A stretch of 64,000 bases of DNA. It comes from a virus (Duplodnaviria; Caudoviricetes). The stretch covers positions 10,347 through 74,346 of the IMG/VR virus record IMGVR_UViG_3300011727_000029; one strand, given 5' to 3'. Positions 28,368 through 38,381 of the stretch are shown piece by piece. Made by a program: the position numbers and the translations under genes. Numbering within the stretch: position 1 is the stretch's first letter; each line of letters opens with the position of its first letter. Below the pieces are notes generated by a model that worked only from the letters and a program-made list of their open reading frames with translations, did not search any database and was not told where the DNA came from.

Positions 28368-29534
28368 ATGAAAAAAAACAACTGGACAGAACCTAAAATT
28401 AAAACTTATCCAATTCCTGGAAAGGATTGGTATGTATGGTTTCGCTTTAATGGCGGTAACCCTAAACGATTTTCGACAGGAATTAATGATTCTGATTCCT
28501 ATGATCAAAGAATGGAGAACGCTGTTATACTACAGCAAACAATCAAATTAGAGTTGGAAGCTGGATGGAATCCTGATTTAAAAAATACAAATCAAGCAAA
28601 ACCTAAGAAAGTTAAATTTTCAGATGCAATTGATTTTTCATTAGAAAAACTGAAATTACGAGTATCAATTAAAACTTACAGGGATTATTCCGGAACATGT
28701 CGATTTGTAAAATCAGCTGCAGAAAAATTAAAGTATATTAATCTTGGTATAGACACAATTGAACGCTTCCATATTAAAAATATTTTTGAAACAATTCAAA
28801 GCCAACGAAAATGGTCAAATCATGCTTACAATAAAAATTTAGGATATTTTAAATCTATTTTATCTGAATTAGTAGAATATAATTTAATTAAAGATAATCC
28901 GGCGCATGGCATTAGAACATTGAAATACGACACGCCACCTACTGAATTTCCAACGGATAAAGAGCAATCAAAAATCATAAAACATTTACATGAAAGAAAC
29001 TTTTCATTTCTCCGATTTGTAAAAGCACTTTATCAAACTGGAATTAGGCCAGCTGAATTATTAAGGTTGAAAGTTGGAGATGTAGACCTTATTAAAGATA
29101 TGATTTTATTACGGCCTGAAGATGGTAAAACAAACAAATATAGATTAGTTCCGATTAAACCTGATTTGAGAAATGATTTGGTACAAATAATTTCTTTCAA
29201 TCATAGCGATGATTTGTATTTATTTGGTACACCTCGATTACATGGTGGACACTTGGATCACTCAAATATGTTTTGCCCTAATCCATATAAAATAAAGCGT
29301 GACACAGTTACTAAATACTGGAAGAAATATGTAAAAGATGAATTAGAAATTGACAAAAAATTGTATTCACTAAAACATAAAGCTGCAAATGACATGATGT
29401 TTGATGGTGTAGATTTAGAAACCATCCAAACAATATTCGGTCATTCAAAAACTAAAACAACTGAAATTTATGCAAATCAAATAAATTTAGTGCGTTTTGA
29501 GAAAGCTAAAAAGGCTGAAAGAAAATTCATTTAA
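28368..29534 (+). CDS. int: Tyrosine recombinase (phage integrase)
   Basis: TGIRPAEL (catalytic R), KTNK, YSLKH (HxxR variant), GHS and Y in TEIYA. Confidence 0.95.
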   Translation: MKKNNWTEPKIKTYPIPGKDWYVWFRFNGGNPKRFSTGINDSDSYDQRMENAVILQQTIKLELEAGWNPDLKNTNQAKPKKVKFSDAIDFSLEKLKLRVSIKTYRDYSGTCRFVKSAAEKLKYINLGIDTIERFHIKNIFETIQSQRKWSNHAYNKNLGYFKSILSELVEYNLIKDNPAHGIRTLKYDTPPTEFPTDKEQSKIIKHLHERNFSFLRFVKALYQTGIRPAELLRLKVGDVDLIKDMILLRPEDGKTNKYRLVPIKPDLRNDLVQIISFNHSDDLYLFGTPRLHGGHLDHSNMFCPNPYKIKRDTVTKYWKKYVKDELEIDKKLYSLKHKAANDMMFDGVDLETIQTIFGHSKTKTTEIYANQINLVRFEKAKKAERKFI

Positions 29535-29562
29535 TAATATCTGAATACTCTTTTAAACAATA

Positions 29563-29590
29563 AATAAAGCTACTTTTTTGTAGCTTTATT
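29563..29590. terminator. Hairpin terminator after integrase
   Basis: AATAAAGCTAC/GTAGCTTTATT inverted repeat. Confidence 0.7.
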
Positions 29591-29592
29591 TT

Positions 29593-29883
29593 ATGATTAC
29601 AAACTCTGATGCAGATAAAGTGTTTTCCCTGTTAAAATGGATTGAACCACGTTCAAGTGAAAATGTTCAGATATGGGACAATAAATACCCTATGATGTCT
29701 AATTTCGTTTATAAGGTAGAGAAATTCGGTAAAATAAAAATGCTATTCTTTCAAGTTAATAATTTATCAGAAGCTAATTTTAAAAAAATTTATAAAAAGC
29801 GACGAGAACTTTCTCATTTGGATTTCACATTAAAAAATAAAGGTGAAAAATGGATATTAATTTGGGAGCCTAAAGTTGTATGA
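29593..29883 (+). CDS. Hypothetical protein
   Basis: ORF track 96 aa, convergent with the lysis cassette. Confidence 0.5.
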   Translation: MITNSDADKVFSLLKWIEPRSSENVQIWDNKYPMMSNFVYKVEKFGKIKMLFFQVNNLSEANFKKIYKKRRELSHLDFTLKNKGEKWILIWEPKVV

Positions 29884-30466
29884 ATCTTGATTTTGTAACT
29901 TTATATCCAATTAAAGACACCGTTAACAATCCAAATGCAATCCAGCCATAATATTGTGTAGAAGTTTTTTTTATTAAATCTTCTTTTGTGTCAAGATATT
30001 GTTTTGATAGATCCTTATTTGTTTTTTCGCAATCTTTATTTGAATTTTTTAATTCAATAATATAATTTTCTAACGTTTGAATTTCAGATTTAAGTTTAGA
30101 TAATTCTCTTGTATCAGCAACTTTTATCGTGTCAACCCGTTGAGTACTATTATCAATAATTTTATTTGGTGGACATTTTACAGCTGGTTTAGGATTTTCC
30201 TTTGTCGGTTTAGGACATTCAATAATTGGACCCGGAACTTCAATAGTATCAGTTTGTACAATTACATCTCCTTTTATATATTGAGTTGAAACGCGAGGAA
30301 AAGCAATATCGCAAGCATCAAGAAATTTATTCATATCACCCCGTACAATATTTAGTGATTTATTATAACGTTTTTCAGCTTGTTTCTGACTTGCACACGA
30401 CCATAATGTTAAAGTCAACAAAAAGGTAAGAAACAAGATAATTCTTTGTGGAATATTATTTCTCAT
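29870..30466 (-). CDS. Putative unimolecular spanin
   Basis: N-terminal lipobox (LTLWSC) and C-terminal TM helix (YYGWIAFGLLTVSLIGY), last gene of the lysis cassette. Confidence 0.7.
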   Translation of the reverse strand: MRNNIPQRIILFLTFLLTLTLWSCASQKQAEKRYNKSLNIVRGDMNKFLDACDIAFPRVSTQYIKGDVIVQTDTIEVPGPIIECPKPTKENPKPAVKCPPNKIIDNSTQRVDTIKVADTRELSKLKSEIQTLENYIIELKNSNKDCEKTNKDLSKQYLDTKEDLIKKTSTQYYGWIAFGLLTVSLIGYKVTKSRFIQL

Positions 30467-30467
30467 A

Positions 30468-31127
30468 TTACTTAGTTAAGAGTTTATAAAAATATTGAGT
30501 TCGTTCGTAACGTAAATCAGCGTGCATCATTGCTTTGCCGTTAATGGCAAGCGTAACAGCATCGCAAGATTTACGAGTAATATCTTTCATTTTAGCAAAG
30601 ACATTATTTGATTTTAAGTAAAATAAAAACGCTTCGAAATAGTATTTCTCCCAAACAATATCCGGATTAGTCATAATACTTTGATCTTTCAAGTGATTTG
30701 CTAGTTCTTGATGCTCATATCTACCGGTAGTTTGCCCGGCAGCATTTCCACGAAACAACCAACCATCACCTATTTTCACATTACCTAACTTATAACCAGG
30801 ACGACGATTTTTATCGTCATAAACTTTGTTGAAGATAGTTTTTTGACGTTCGATAGGTAAAATTTTTTCATTTACTTTTCGTCCATCCTGAAAGGCTTCA
30901 TGTGGTCTATCTCTGTAATATGAAAAAGTTGAACGTAATCCAGCAACCGAATAATTTCCACTTTCTCTTTTTAGTTTAAAGAAATCACTTTCGACGGATC
31001 CTTGACCAAGAAAATGAGCAGTTTCAATATTTGACATTTTAAAAACTTCACGCATTTTTTTTGCGGTTTTTTCACCTAATTTTCCATCAGGAAGTAAACC
31101 ATTATTTTTTTGAAAATCTATTAACAT
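30468..31127 (-). CDS. Endolysin, GH19 chitinase-like with short N-terminal peptidoglycan-binding motif
   Basis: FQKNNGLLPDGKLG; AHFLGQ...ES....E..NYS; FRG...QTTGR. Confidence 0.8.
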   Translation of the reverse strand: MLIDFQKNNGLLPDGKLGEKTAKKMREVFKMSNIETAHFLGQGSVESDFFKLKRESGNYSVAGLRSTFSYYRDRPHEAFQDGRKVNEKILPIERQKTIFNKVYDDKNRRPGYKLGNVKIGDGWLFRGNAAGQTTGRYEHQELANHLKDQSIMTNPDIVWEKYYFEAFLFYLKSNNVFAKMKDITRKSCDAVTLAINGKAMMHADLRYERTQYFYKLLTK

Positions 31128-31597
31128 TACAATATCTCTTTTTGACGTTTTAATTTTCTCTCTTCAATCTTTTTTTGTTCATCACTATCATAATGATACA
31201 TAGGATTATCTTTTAATTGAGCTGTCAAAAAACGATGAAATCGGATAATGAAAACTCTTGAGAATGTTGAAGATTTATCAACTGCAATAGCATTTTCTAA
31301 TATTGAAATCAATTCAATATAAATCATTAATATTACAACTCCGTTTTGCAACCAGCTTGAATACTCATTAAACCATTCATTTGATTTATCAAATCGCATT
31401 AAATTAATAAGGAAAACAACTACAATAATTGCAGAAAAGTATTGTATAATTTTTTTTATCGTTTTTCTAAAAGCTTCTGAACTTCGATTCACTTTAAGAA
31501 ATTTTGCTTTTGCAAAGCCTGTTGCAAAATCAAATACCATTGCTAGTGTTAATGCAATAAATAGTATCCAATTCGGGTATAAAAAAATTTGATTCAT
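31127..31597 (-). CDS. Holin
   Basis: Multiple TM helices, DFATG...K...S...RKTIKK and ELISILEN motifs, upstream of the endolysin. Confidence 0.82.
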   Translation of the reverse strand: MNQIFLYPNWILFIALTLAMVFDFATGFAKAKFLKVNRSSEAFRKTIKKIIQYFSAIIVVVFLINLMRFDKSNEWFNEYSSWLQNGVVILMIYIELISILENAIAVDKSSTFSRVFIIRFHRFLTAQLKDNPMYHYDSDEQKKIEERKLKRQKEIL

Positions 31598-31604
31598 AAG
31601 TTAG

Positions 31605-31961
31605 TTACACATTTTCGTTAATTGAATTGATACAATGATTTTTATCTATTGTATCAAGTATTTTTGTTAGAATATTTCCAGCAATTGTTAACGTATCGTC
31701 GCGTTTATTTTTCCCTAATACGCTCGAAATGGTTTCGTTTATATTTCCGTGTTGGTAGCCTTTTTCAGTAACAAACCAAGTATTAAACAATGATCTATAT
31801 TGAGAGTTTCCGAAGCGGTCAATTGCAATTGCTTCATTTCTGAAATAGCCGTTTAATCGTTTCCATGAAAATTTTGTTTTAATAAAAATTACATAAATGA
31901 AATTAATAGGTTCAACAGCTATATACAGTAATTTTGCGAGGATGACTAATACAAAATTCAT
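31605..31961 (-). CDS. Conserved phage protein
   Basis: AIDRFGN...ETISSVLGKN...DKNHC motif. Confidence 0.65.
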   Translation of the reverse strand: MNFVLVILAKLLYIAVEPINFIYVIFIKTKFSWKRLNGYFRNEAIAIDRFGNSQYRSLFNTWFVTEKGYQHGNINETISSVLGKNKRDDTLTIAGNILTKILDTIDKNHCINSINENV

Positions 31962-32347
31962 TCGTCAAATCGTTTTAATTCCGAGTCATCGTTTAAGATT
32001 CCTTGTTTCAAAATAGGTTCTAAAGCTTGTAAAATCAATGTTTGGTAAGCATCAAATGCGTTTACTTTTATAACATTTTCATCTTCATCCAAAACTGGTT
32101 GATTCTGATTATTTCTTTTTTTGATTTGATAATCATTGGAAACTATCCAGTCTTTAACTTCTCGAGTGAACTCAGGTAAAAGAGTTCTTACTCCATCTAC
32201 AGCTTTAAAATGCTCTATTCTTGCTGAAATAGGCATTTGTTTTACATCCATATTATCTGCAGCTCTATAAACAACTACATCACGTTCTAAATCTTCTAAA
32301 ACAGGATGATTACTAATTTTTTGTCTTACTTCGTACATAATTTCCAT
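31958..32347 (-). CDS. Hypothetical protein (possible fibre chaperone)
   Basis: Directly after the tail fibre gene. Confidence 0.45.
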   Translation of the reverse strand: MEIMYEVRQKISNHPVLEDLERDVVVYRAADNMDVKQMPISARIEHFKAVDGVRTLLPEFTREVKDWIVSNDYQIKKRNNQNQPVLDEDENVIKVNAFDAYQTLILQALEPILKQGILNDDSELKRFDE

Positions 32348-32364
32348 TGGTAGTAGTTTTTATT

Positions 32365-34209
32365 TTAATTGAATTTAAATGCTTTTACTATTTGTCCTGA
32401 ACACGTATCAGTAACACCAATTAGCTGTGCAGATAATCTATATCCAGAATTATTAGAAATATTTACAACACCAGTTTGAACACCATCAGTAACAGTTACA
32501 ACATTAGATATTTTAGTAAAAGATATTGTAATAGCCTGTGAACTTGTAGATGTACTATTACCTCTTGCTATAGGAGAATTAGGATTTACTTTAGTAAATA
32601 ATACTTGACCGCCGCCAGACTTGTTATATCCAAAGAAATGAAATGGTAAAAACTCTAAACTATTTTCTGTCGTTGAATAACATAACCCCATTCTGAATAT
32701 GTCATTTAGTGACAGATTTGCTGTACCAGTGTTTATTAATAATTCGATATAAAAATCTTCACCAGCATTAAATAATATGGAACTTAAGAGTGAAGTTGAA
32801 GGTAATGTTTTAGTTGACGAAACGACTGAATCAAGTAAAAAATTTCGTTTAGAACCATAACTTCTATCTGTTGTTACAATTGCTGTATCTACTACTTTGC
32901 TCCAAGTGACTAAATCAAAATCTATATTAGTAACCTCATTTACAATGGTGAAATTTAAAGTTGTAATATAAGTCTTTACCCCACTTGTAATTTTTAATTT
33001 AAAACTCCCGGTATTTAACGAGTAAAAATTGTAAAAAAATACTAACGACAGTCCATCGGACATTAGTTGAACTTGAGAGTTAGGCACTGTCGCTAATTCT
33101 ACAGAATCCGAAGCTCTCAGTATCTTAATAGACATGTCTGTTACATTAAGATTTAAGTTCGCCCCTCTTAATACGATGTAATTGTTATTGTTTTCCTTTT
33201 GAAATAAAGGTGGTGAAATCATGTTGACAGATATTGCTCCAGCACTTCCTTGACCTCCATTTAAGAGCTGTCCTAATTCCGTAGATTCAGCAATCGTACA
33301 TTGTGTCAGAAAATTTTTAAAAGCAAAAAACGGCTTTGATGCTTTTGCTAAATTCCCATTGCTGTCTAAAACTGGAAAAGTATTATAAGTCGCATCTGTA
33401 CTTTTATCAACTAATCCCGAAAAACGTTGACTTGCATTTGTCCAGTTTGTCGGTTTCGAGAAAATATCTTGAATGTCTGAGGTAAGCGCTAATGAGCCTG
33501 ATTTAGATTGAAATTTTTGGATATTACGATTTTCAATTAAATCATCACATATAATATCTAAAATTTTAACATTTGGATTTGAACTTTGAAAACTAATTCC
33601 TATGTTATTTGTACCGCTGAATAATACTTTATCTACCTTATTTGTTGTTGCAGATAAATCATTATTCATATACATTATATAATCTTTGTCAATTGTTACA
33701 CCTTTAGTAGCGTATGATGTAGAAAAATTTTTCCCTACTTGAAATTGATTTTGTGTTTTGTTATTCTCCTCCAAAACACTATTAAGGTCGATTGATACAT
33801 TCTTATTCTCATCAGGAGCAGTATCATTTACAGTGCTTATTTTTCCAAAATCATCAAAATTGTAAACATGATACGTGTTATTATCCAAATCTCCAATAAC
33901 AATAGTATTTGTATTTGAATTATAATAAATTTTATTTTCTATACCATTGTTTAAAATATCTTGTAATTCCTCATCTGAGAAATAATATTTAATATAATTA
34001 TTTACATCAAACATTACTTCGTTAGAATTTTCCATTAATTTCTTAATGAAAGAAGTATTTTCATCAAGAAATTTTACAATTTTATTTAATTCTTCAGCTT
34101 GAAGATATTCATTAGGATCTTCACCTTGAGGAATATCATTTTTATCATGATGTTCTGCTATTCCGGTAGGAATTCTAGATTCTATTTCTTGTTCGTTAAA
34201 CTCTCTCAT
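32365..34209 (-). CDS. Tail fibre/receptor-binding-like protein
   Basis: 614 aa mosaic, STVNDTAPDENKNV fibre-type motif, beta-rich C-terminus. Confidence 0.6.
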   Translation of the reverse strand: MREFNEQEIESRIPTGIAEHHDKNDIPQGEDPNEYLQAEELNKIVKFLDENTSFIKKLMENSNEVMFDVNNYIKYYFSDEELQDILNNGIENKIYYNSNTNTIVIGDLDNNTYHVYNFDDFGKISTVNDTAPDENKNVSIDLNSVLEENNKTQNQFQVGKNFSTSYATKGVTIDKDYIMYMNNDLSATTNKVDKVLFSGTNNIGISFQSSNPNVKILDIICDDLIENRNIQKFQSKSGSLALTSDIQDIFSKPTNWTNASQRFSGLVDKSTDATYNTFPVLDSNGNLAKASKPFFAFKNFLTQCTIAESTELGQLLNGGQGSAGAISVNMISPPLFQKENNNNYIVLRGANLNLNVTDMSIKILRASDSVELATVPNSQVQLMSDGLSLVFFYNFYSLNTGSFKLKITSGVKTYITTLNFTIVNEVTNIDFDLVTWSKVVDTAIVTTDRSYGSKRNFLLDSVVSSTKTLPSTSLLSSILFNAGEDFYIELLINTGTANLSLNDIFRMGLCYSTTENSLEFLPFHFFGYNKSGGGQVLFTKVNPNSPIARGNSTSTSSQAITISFTKISNVVTVTDGVQTGVVNISNNSGYRLSAQLIGVTDTCSGQIVKAFKFN

Positions 34210-34574
34210 TTCTTGAATAATTTTGTTATGAAAAATAAATTAAATACAGTTTGTAAAGGCACTTGAATGAAATACCAAATCACATAAATAAATATTGGAA
34301 AGTGTAAGTCATATTGCATACTTACACCAACCAATAAAAACCAAAATGCAACAAATGAAACAAGATGAGAAAAACACAGTTCGCAGAATCCAAATATTTT
34401 TGAAAGAAACAATCCTTTTTTTGTTCCTGATACGTCCCATTTTCTTAATTTGTCTTGCCAATTAAAAAGCAAATCCAACCATTGTCCTTTTTGAATTGAC
34501 ATAAACAAGATAAAGCTAAACGATGCTACACCTAATAAATAAAATATGATTAATAATGTAATTTCTAAAAACAT
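34206..34574 (-). CDS. Membrane protein
   Basis: Several hydrophobic helices, CELCFSH motif. Confidence 0.6.
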   Translation of the reverse strand: MFLEITLLIIFYLLGVASFSFILFMSIQKGQWLDLLFNWQDKLRKWDVSGTKKGLFLSKIFGFCELCFSHLVSFVAFWFLLVGVSMQYDLHFPIFIYVIWYFIQVPLQTVFNLFFITKLFKK

Positions 34575-34852
34575 GATTTGTAAGTTTTAAAGGAATAAAA
34601 ACCTTCTATTTTGTTATTTGGATTAAAAACTTGAATTAAGTAGGTATAATCTTCATTCAAGTTTTTTTCTATTATTATTTCTTGACCTATCTCGTATTCT
34701 TTTTTTATAACATCTGTTATACCCATGAAATGAATTTCAATTCTCCAAGTTCCTGGTATATCTATTTTAATACCTGTATTAACCGGTTCACAGGAATTAA
34801 AACACCCAAGTTTTATAATGTTATTACTACATTTCATAAACAATCTATACAA
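34565..34852 (-). CDS. Small virion-module protein
   Basis: ORF track 95 aa, overlapping neighbours. Confidence 0.55.
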   Translation of the reverse strand: MYRLFMKCSNNIIKLGCFNSCEPVNTGIKIDIPGTWRIEIHFMGITDVIKKEYEIGQEIIIEKNLNEDYTYLIQVFNPNNKIEGFYSFKTYKSCF

Positions 34853-35373
34853 GGATTACACTTAACACAATCTCTGTCATTAGGCTGAAAGATTTCAAAT
34901 ATTGTGAATGAAATTTTCACTAATGATCTATCACCGATTCGTGATAATATATTTTTTTGAGCATCAATATTTAAAAATGAATATTCAGATTTTATAACCT
35001 TTTCATTTGTAATAAATGCTTTATTGATTTCGATTTCATTATTTGTCCCCAATGAATTAAGCAAGCATTTCAATAATTCATTTGGATCAGCATTTGCAAC
35101 ATTTGCAACAAAAACAATAGGATTACTCAATTCAATGTTTGGAATATGGTCAATAATTCTATCTCTTGATTTAGATACTTTTATATCTCCATCATTTCTC
35201 AAGTAGAAATAATTTCCAAAACGATCATCTATACCATAAGAAATTGATGTATTTTCTTTATATGAAACCAATCTTTCAGCTGTATAATCCATAAATAAAT
35301 CTGAAAATCCATTATTAAAGAATTTCATTTTTTCTAAGATTTCATTTTTTATTTCTACCTGGGTAACGCTCAT
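34834..35373 (-). CDS. Putative tail terminator/head-tail joining protein
   Basis: Position after the neck genes. Confidence 0.45.
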   Translation of the reverse strand: MSVTQVEIKNEILEKMKFFNNGFSDLFMDYTAERLVSYKENTSISYGIDDRFGNYFYLRNDGDIKVSKSRDRIIDHIPNIELSNPIVFVANVANADPNELLKCLLNSLGTNNEIEINKAFITNEKVIKSEYSFLNIDAQKNILSRIGDRSLVKISFTIFEIFQPNDRDCVKCNPCIDCL

Positions 35374-35894
35374 AATTGAAAAGTTTTTCTTAACGCCAAT
35401 GCAACTTGCTTTTGTATTATTTGTTTTTCTTCATTTGAAAATTGAAAAATTATTTTTCCATATTTATTTTCAAGTTTTTCAGATTTTTCAGCATTCTCAG
35501 TACTATTGAAACCTATAATAAAGCCATTCTTAAGATTCTTATATTTTATAGAGTTTTTTAATTCTCCGGAATAAAGTAAGTTCACTGAATCACTTTTTAA
35601 TCCTTGAACCTGTTTAAGTTCTTTATAACCATTTTTTAAAGTCATTGACTTTCCTTTTTTACTTGTTGGAACAAAAGCTGACTTTTTAATAAATTGCTGC
35701 TCTGTTACATTTATGGTTTTAGTTGAATATTCTCCAATTTCATTTTCGTTAGAATCCAAACCTTTAGTGAATATTCTATTTCTATAAGATGTAGTTATTG
35801 ATTCCGCAATCTCAGGATATACATTCTCATTCAATTGTTCAGGTAAACTATCTTTTAAATATTGAATTCTATTTATGTAATCCTGTATTTCCAT
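35370..35894 (-). CDS. Putative morphogenesis/tail completion protein
   Basis: VNLLYSGELKNSI motif. Confidence 0.55.
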   Translation of the reverse strand: MEIQDYINRIQYLKDSLPEQLNENVYPEIAESITTSYRNRIFTKGLDSNENEIGEYSTKTINVTEQQFIKKSAFVPTSKKGKSMTLKNGYKELKQVQGLKSDSVNLLYSGELKNSIKYKNLKNGFIIGFNSTENAEKSEKLENKYGKIIFQFSNEEKQIIQKQVALALRKTFQL

Positions 35895-36895
35895 TACACA
35901 TTAACTACTATTTTTACTTTTTGGCAATCGATACAATCAGTATCGTTGATTAATAAATTTGGTACGCTTTCAACAAAAGCATTCCAAGTTTCGCGGTATT
36001 CATTTTCAAGTTCAATAGATAATTTTTCCGCTTCATCACGTCCGTAAATAATGAATGAATTGATTCTATCATTATGGATGCGTTCTTTCAATATATTTGC
36101 ACGTGTTTTAAGAAAAATAATCTTTCCTACATACGATTTAGAGTATCGACAAAGTAGACTTTCATAATCGCATTCACACGTAAATACTGCATTTATTCCG
36201 AATCCCTCGCGCTGCACTTCATTTCCGTTATTATACCCTTTTACAAATCCGCATTCGTTTGGTATTGTTCCATTACAACCTACTAGACAGGTTAGATTTG
36301 ATGCGTATGTGGAAATATTTTTTAAGTAAATATTGACACTTGAATTTTCAATTCTGTGATTGATTGAAAACTTATTTATTTTTCCCCCGATTAATTGAAT
36401 AGGAATTTCTTTTGTTTCTTGACCATCTTCAATGAATAGGATTGTAGAATCATGATCATCCATAGGGTAAATTAAAACAGACTGAATAATTAGCTTTTTT
36501 ATGCTGTCAGGACGAATATTTTTTAAATTCCTATGAATAGTGATTCCTTGATCATTATTTGCTGTATTCGTATAACCGTTGTTAAATTCACCTGTAGAAA
36601 TTGAATTATTGTAAATCTTAGTGATAAGATTATTAGTATTCAACAAAGCAATAAAATCATTTGTAACATCACGAGTAGCAAACTTTAATTGTTCTTTAAG
36701 AAATTCATACCCATTCGGATTATCAGAACCTGCAATTTGTGAAATGTTTGATTTATTCAATTCCGGTGCATCTAGAATATCATAACCACTTGTACTTAAT
36801 TCTTTAATTTCAGAACATGGATTAGAAACAGAAACTATATTTGATAAACAGCTATTCATTATTATTTTAATTAAAAAACCCGCCCTTTTCCACAA
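35894..36895 (-). CDS. Putative head completion/adaptor protein
   Basis: Directly after the capsid gene; Cys-rich ends. Confidence 0.5.
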   Translation of the reverse strand: MWKRAGFLIKIIMNSCLSNIVSVSNPCSEIKELSTSGYDILDAPELNKSNISQIAGSDNPNGYEFLKEQLKFATRDVTNDFIALLNTNNLITKIYNNSISTGEFNNGYTNTANNDQGITIHRNLKNIRPDSIKKLIIQSVLIYPMDDHDSTILFIEDGQETKEIPIQLIGGKINKFSINHRIENSSVNIYLKNISTYASNLTCLVGCNGTIPNECGFVKGYNNGNEVQREGFGINAVFTCECDYESLLCRYSKSYVGKIIFLKTRANILKERIHNDRINSFIIYGRDEAEKLSIELENEYRETWNAFVESVPNLLINDTDCIDCQKVKIVVNV

Positions 36896-36909
36896 AGGTT
36901 TTAGGCGGG
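36873..36909 (-). terminator. Terminator downstream of capsid gene
   Basis: CCCGCC/GGCGGG stem with a U-tract on the minus strand. Confidence 0.6.
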
Positions 36910-36930
36910 CAAATCAACACTATTATATTA

Positions 36931-38259
36931 TTATGCTTTAGTAAAAGCGATTGGAATTACTTCGTTAATATTTCCGGTAATTGGAGAATAACCTTGATAT
37001 GTAACTTTTTCACCTGATACGGTAAATTGGTATGTACCGGCCGAATTTAAAGCAGAAACTAAATCGTTGATGTCATTAATATTTGCTTCAACACTAAAAT
37101 TTGTAGAACCTAATTTTATTGTGTTTACAAATTTTGGATAACAATCTGATGGCGGTGTCCATTCGTAAACTGCTTTCTGAACAGGTGGAGTTGGTGTTAC
37201 TTCAGGACAAGTAGTTTGCGCCATCTCACATCCTGTAAAGTGGAATATTCCATTAACTGATGGATCATTACATACACGATCCGGCATAAAGAATACATCC
37301 CAGTATAAACCAAATTGAAAACGCCACTCTCCGAATTTATCTCCATTTGAACAAGGCTCATGAATTACATCTAAATCCCACATTACTCCAGTAGTAGGAT
37401 CAATGATAGAACCGAAGTAAACGTTTTTACCATAACCTTGACTAAATAATCCTTCGATGTCAGTTACAGATAATCCTTTTAAATCTGTTGTCCATCTACC
37501 TGTATTTTCAGTGTATGATACAAATTTTAAAGTTTGTGGATCAAATGCAATTAAATGTTCACCTCCTCCAAACGCTTCATTAACCGCCTGGTCATAATAG
37601 TAATTTGCATAAGGTAAACCGCCTGTATTAATACCATCTTGATTTTGTCCAGAAATTGGAAGTAATGAACGAACAAACTGAACATGAGAACCACCAATCA
37701 CAACAGGTTGGTTAAGATTTGCATCTGAAAATGTATTTGCAATTATTACATTTCCAAACGGATCAATTGTTCTTTTTTCCACGTTAAACAATGAAACCAT
37801 TTTTTTATCTGAACCATCAGGAAAACGCCCCATATTAGCGATGAAATACGCAATCAATTGTAAATTGAAAGTTTTTCTAGCTGCTGCTAAAGCATTCGAA
37901 AACATTTCCATGAAATAGCTATTTGGTGTAATACCATCTAGGTCATGTAAATCTTTTGCAGAAATAGAAAAAACAGGAGATTTAGAACATTGTTTAATAT
38001 ACCAATCTTTTGTTTGAGGTTTTAACGTAGTTCCTGTGTCACAAATATTTTTAGAGCAATCAAACTCTAATTCGCAAATAGGAGGAAAGTATTTAGCTGT
38101 AAATTTTCGATTATCATTTTCATTTTTGTAATCACTTTGTTGAATCGTTGTATTTCGTAAAGATGCAGCAATAACAGCTTCTGAAAATTCATGTCGAATT
38201 GCAGAAGTTAAAGACCAATTACGAATCCAACGCTGTACGTTTATGTGAAATTTTTTCAT
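36931..38259 (-). CDS. Major capsid protein
   Basis: 442 aa after the scaffold-like gene and followed by a terminator. Confidence 0.7.
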   Translation of the reverse strand: MKKFHINVQRWIRNWSLTSAIRHEFSEAVIAASLRNTTIQQSDYKNENDNRKFTAKYFPPICELEFDCSKNICDTGTTLKPQTKDWYIKQCSKSPVFSISAKDLHDLDGITPNSYFMEMFSNALAAARKTFNLQLIAYFIANMGRFPDGSDKKMVSLFNVEKRTIDPFGNVIIANTFSDANLNQPVVIGGSHVQFVRSLLPISGQNQDGINTGGLPYANYYYDQAVNEAFGGGEHLIAFDPQTLKFVSYTENTGRWTTDLKGLSVTDIEGLFSQGYGKNVYFGSIIDPTTGVMWDLDVIHEPCSNGDKFGEWRFQFGLYWDVFFMPDRVCNDPSVNGIFHFTGCEMAQTTCPEVTPTPPVQKAVYEWTPPSDCYPKFVNTIKLGSTNFSVEANINDINDLVSALNSAGTYQFTVSGEKVTYQGYSPITGNINEVIPIAFTKA

Positions 38260-38381
38260 TATGATAGATTTTTAGATACTTAAAAATGTTTTTTGAAGTT
38301 TTTAAGGCACTTCTAAAACCTACCAGTATGGTTTTAGGACTTTACATACATCGTCCACAAATATTTAAAGTCATTAGCGAA

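Noticed and set aside
38100-38259. Unusual-looking N-terminus of the prophage 2 capsid protein as a possible frameshift or alternative start
   Set aside because: The ORF is continuous from an ATG in a normal A-rich context; no evidence without homolog alignment.
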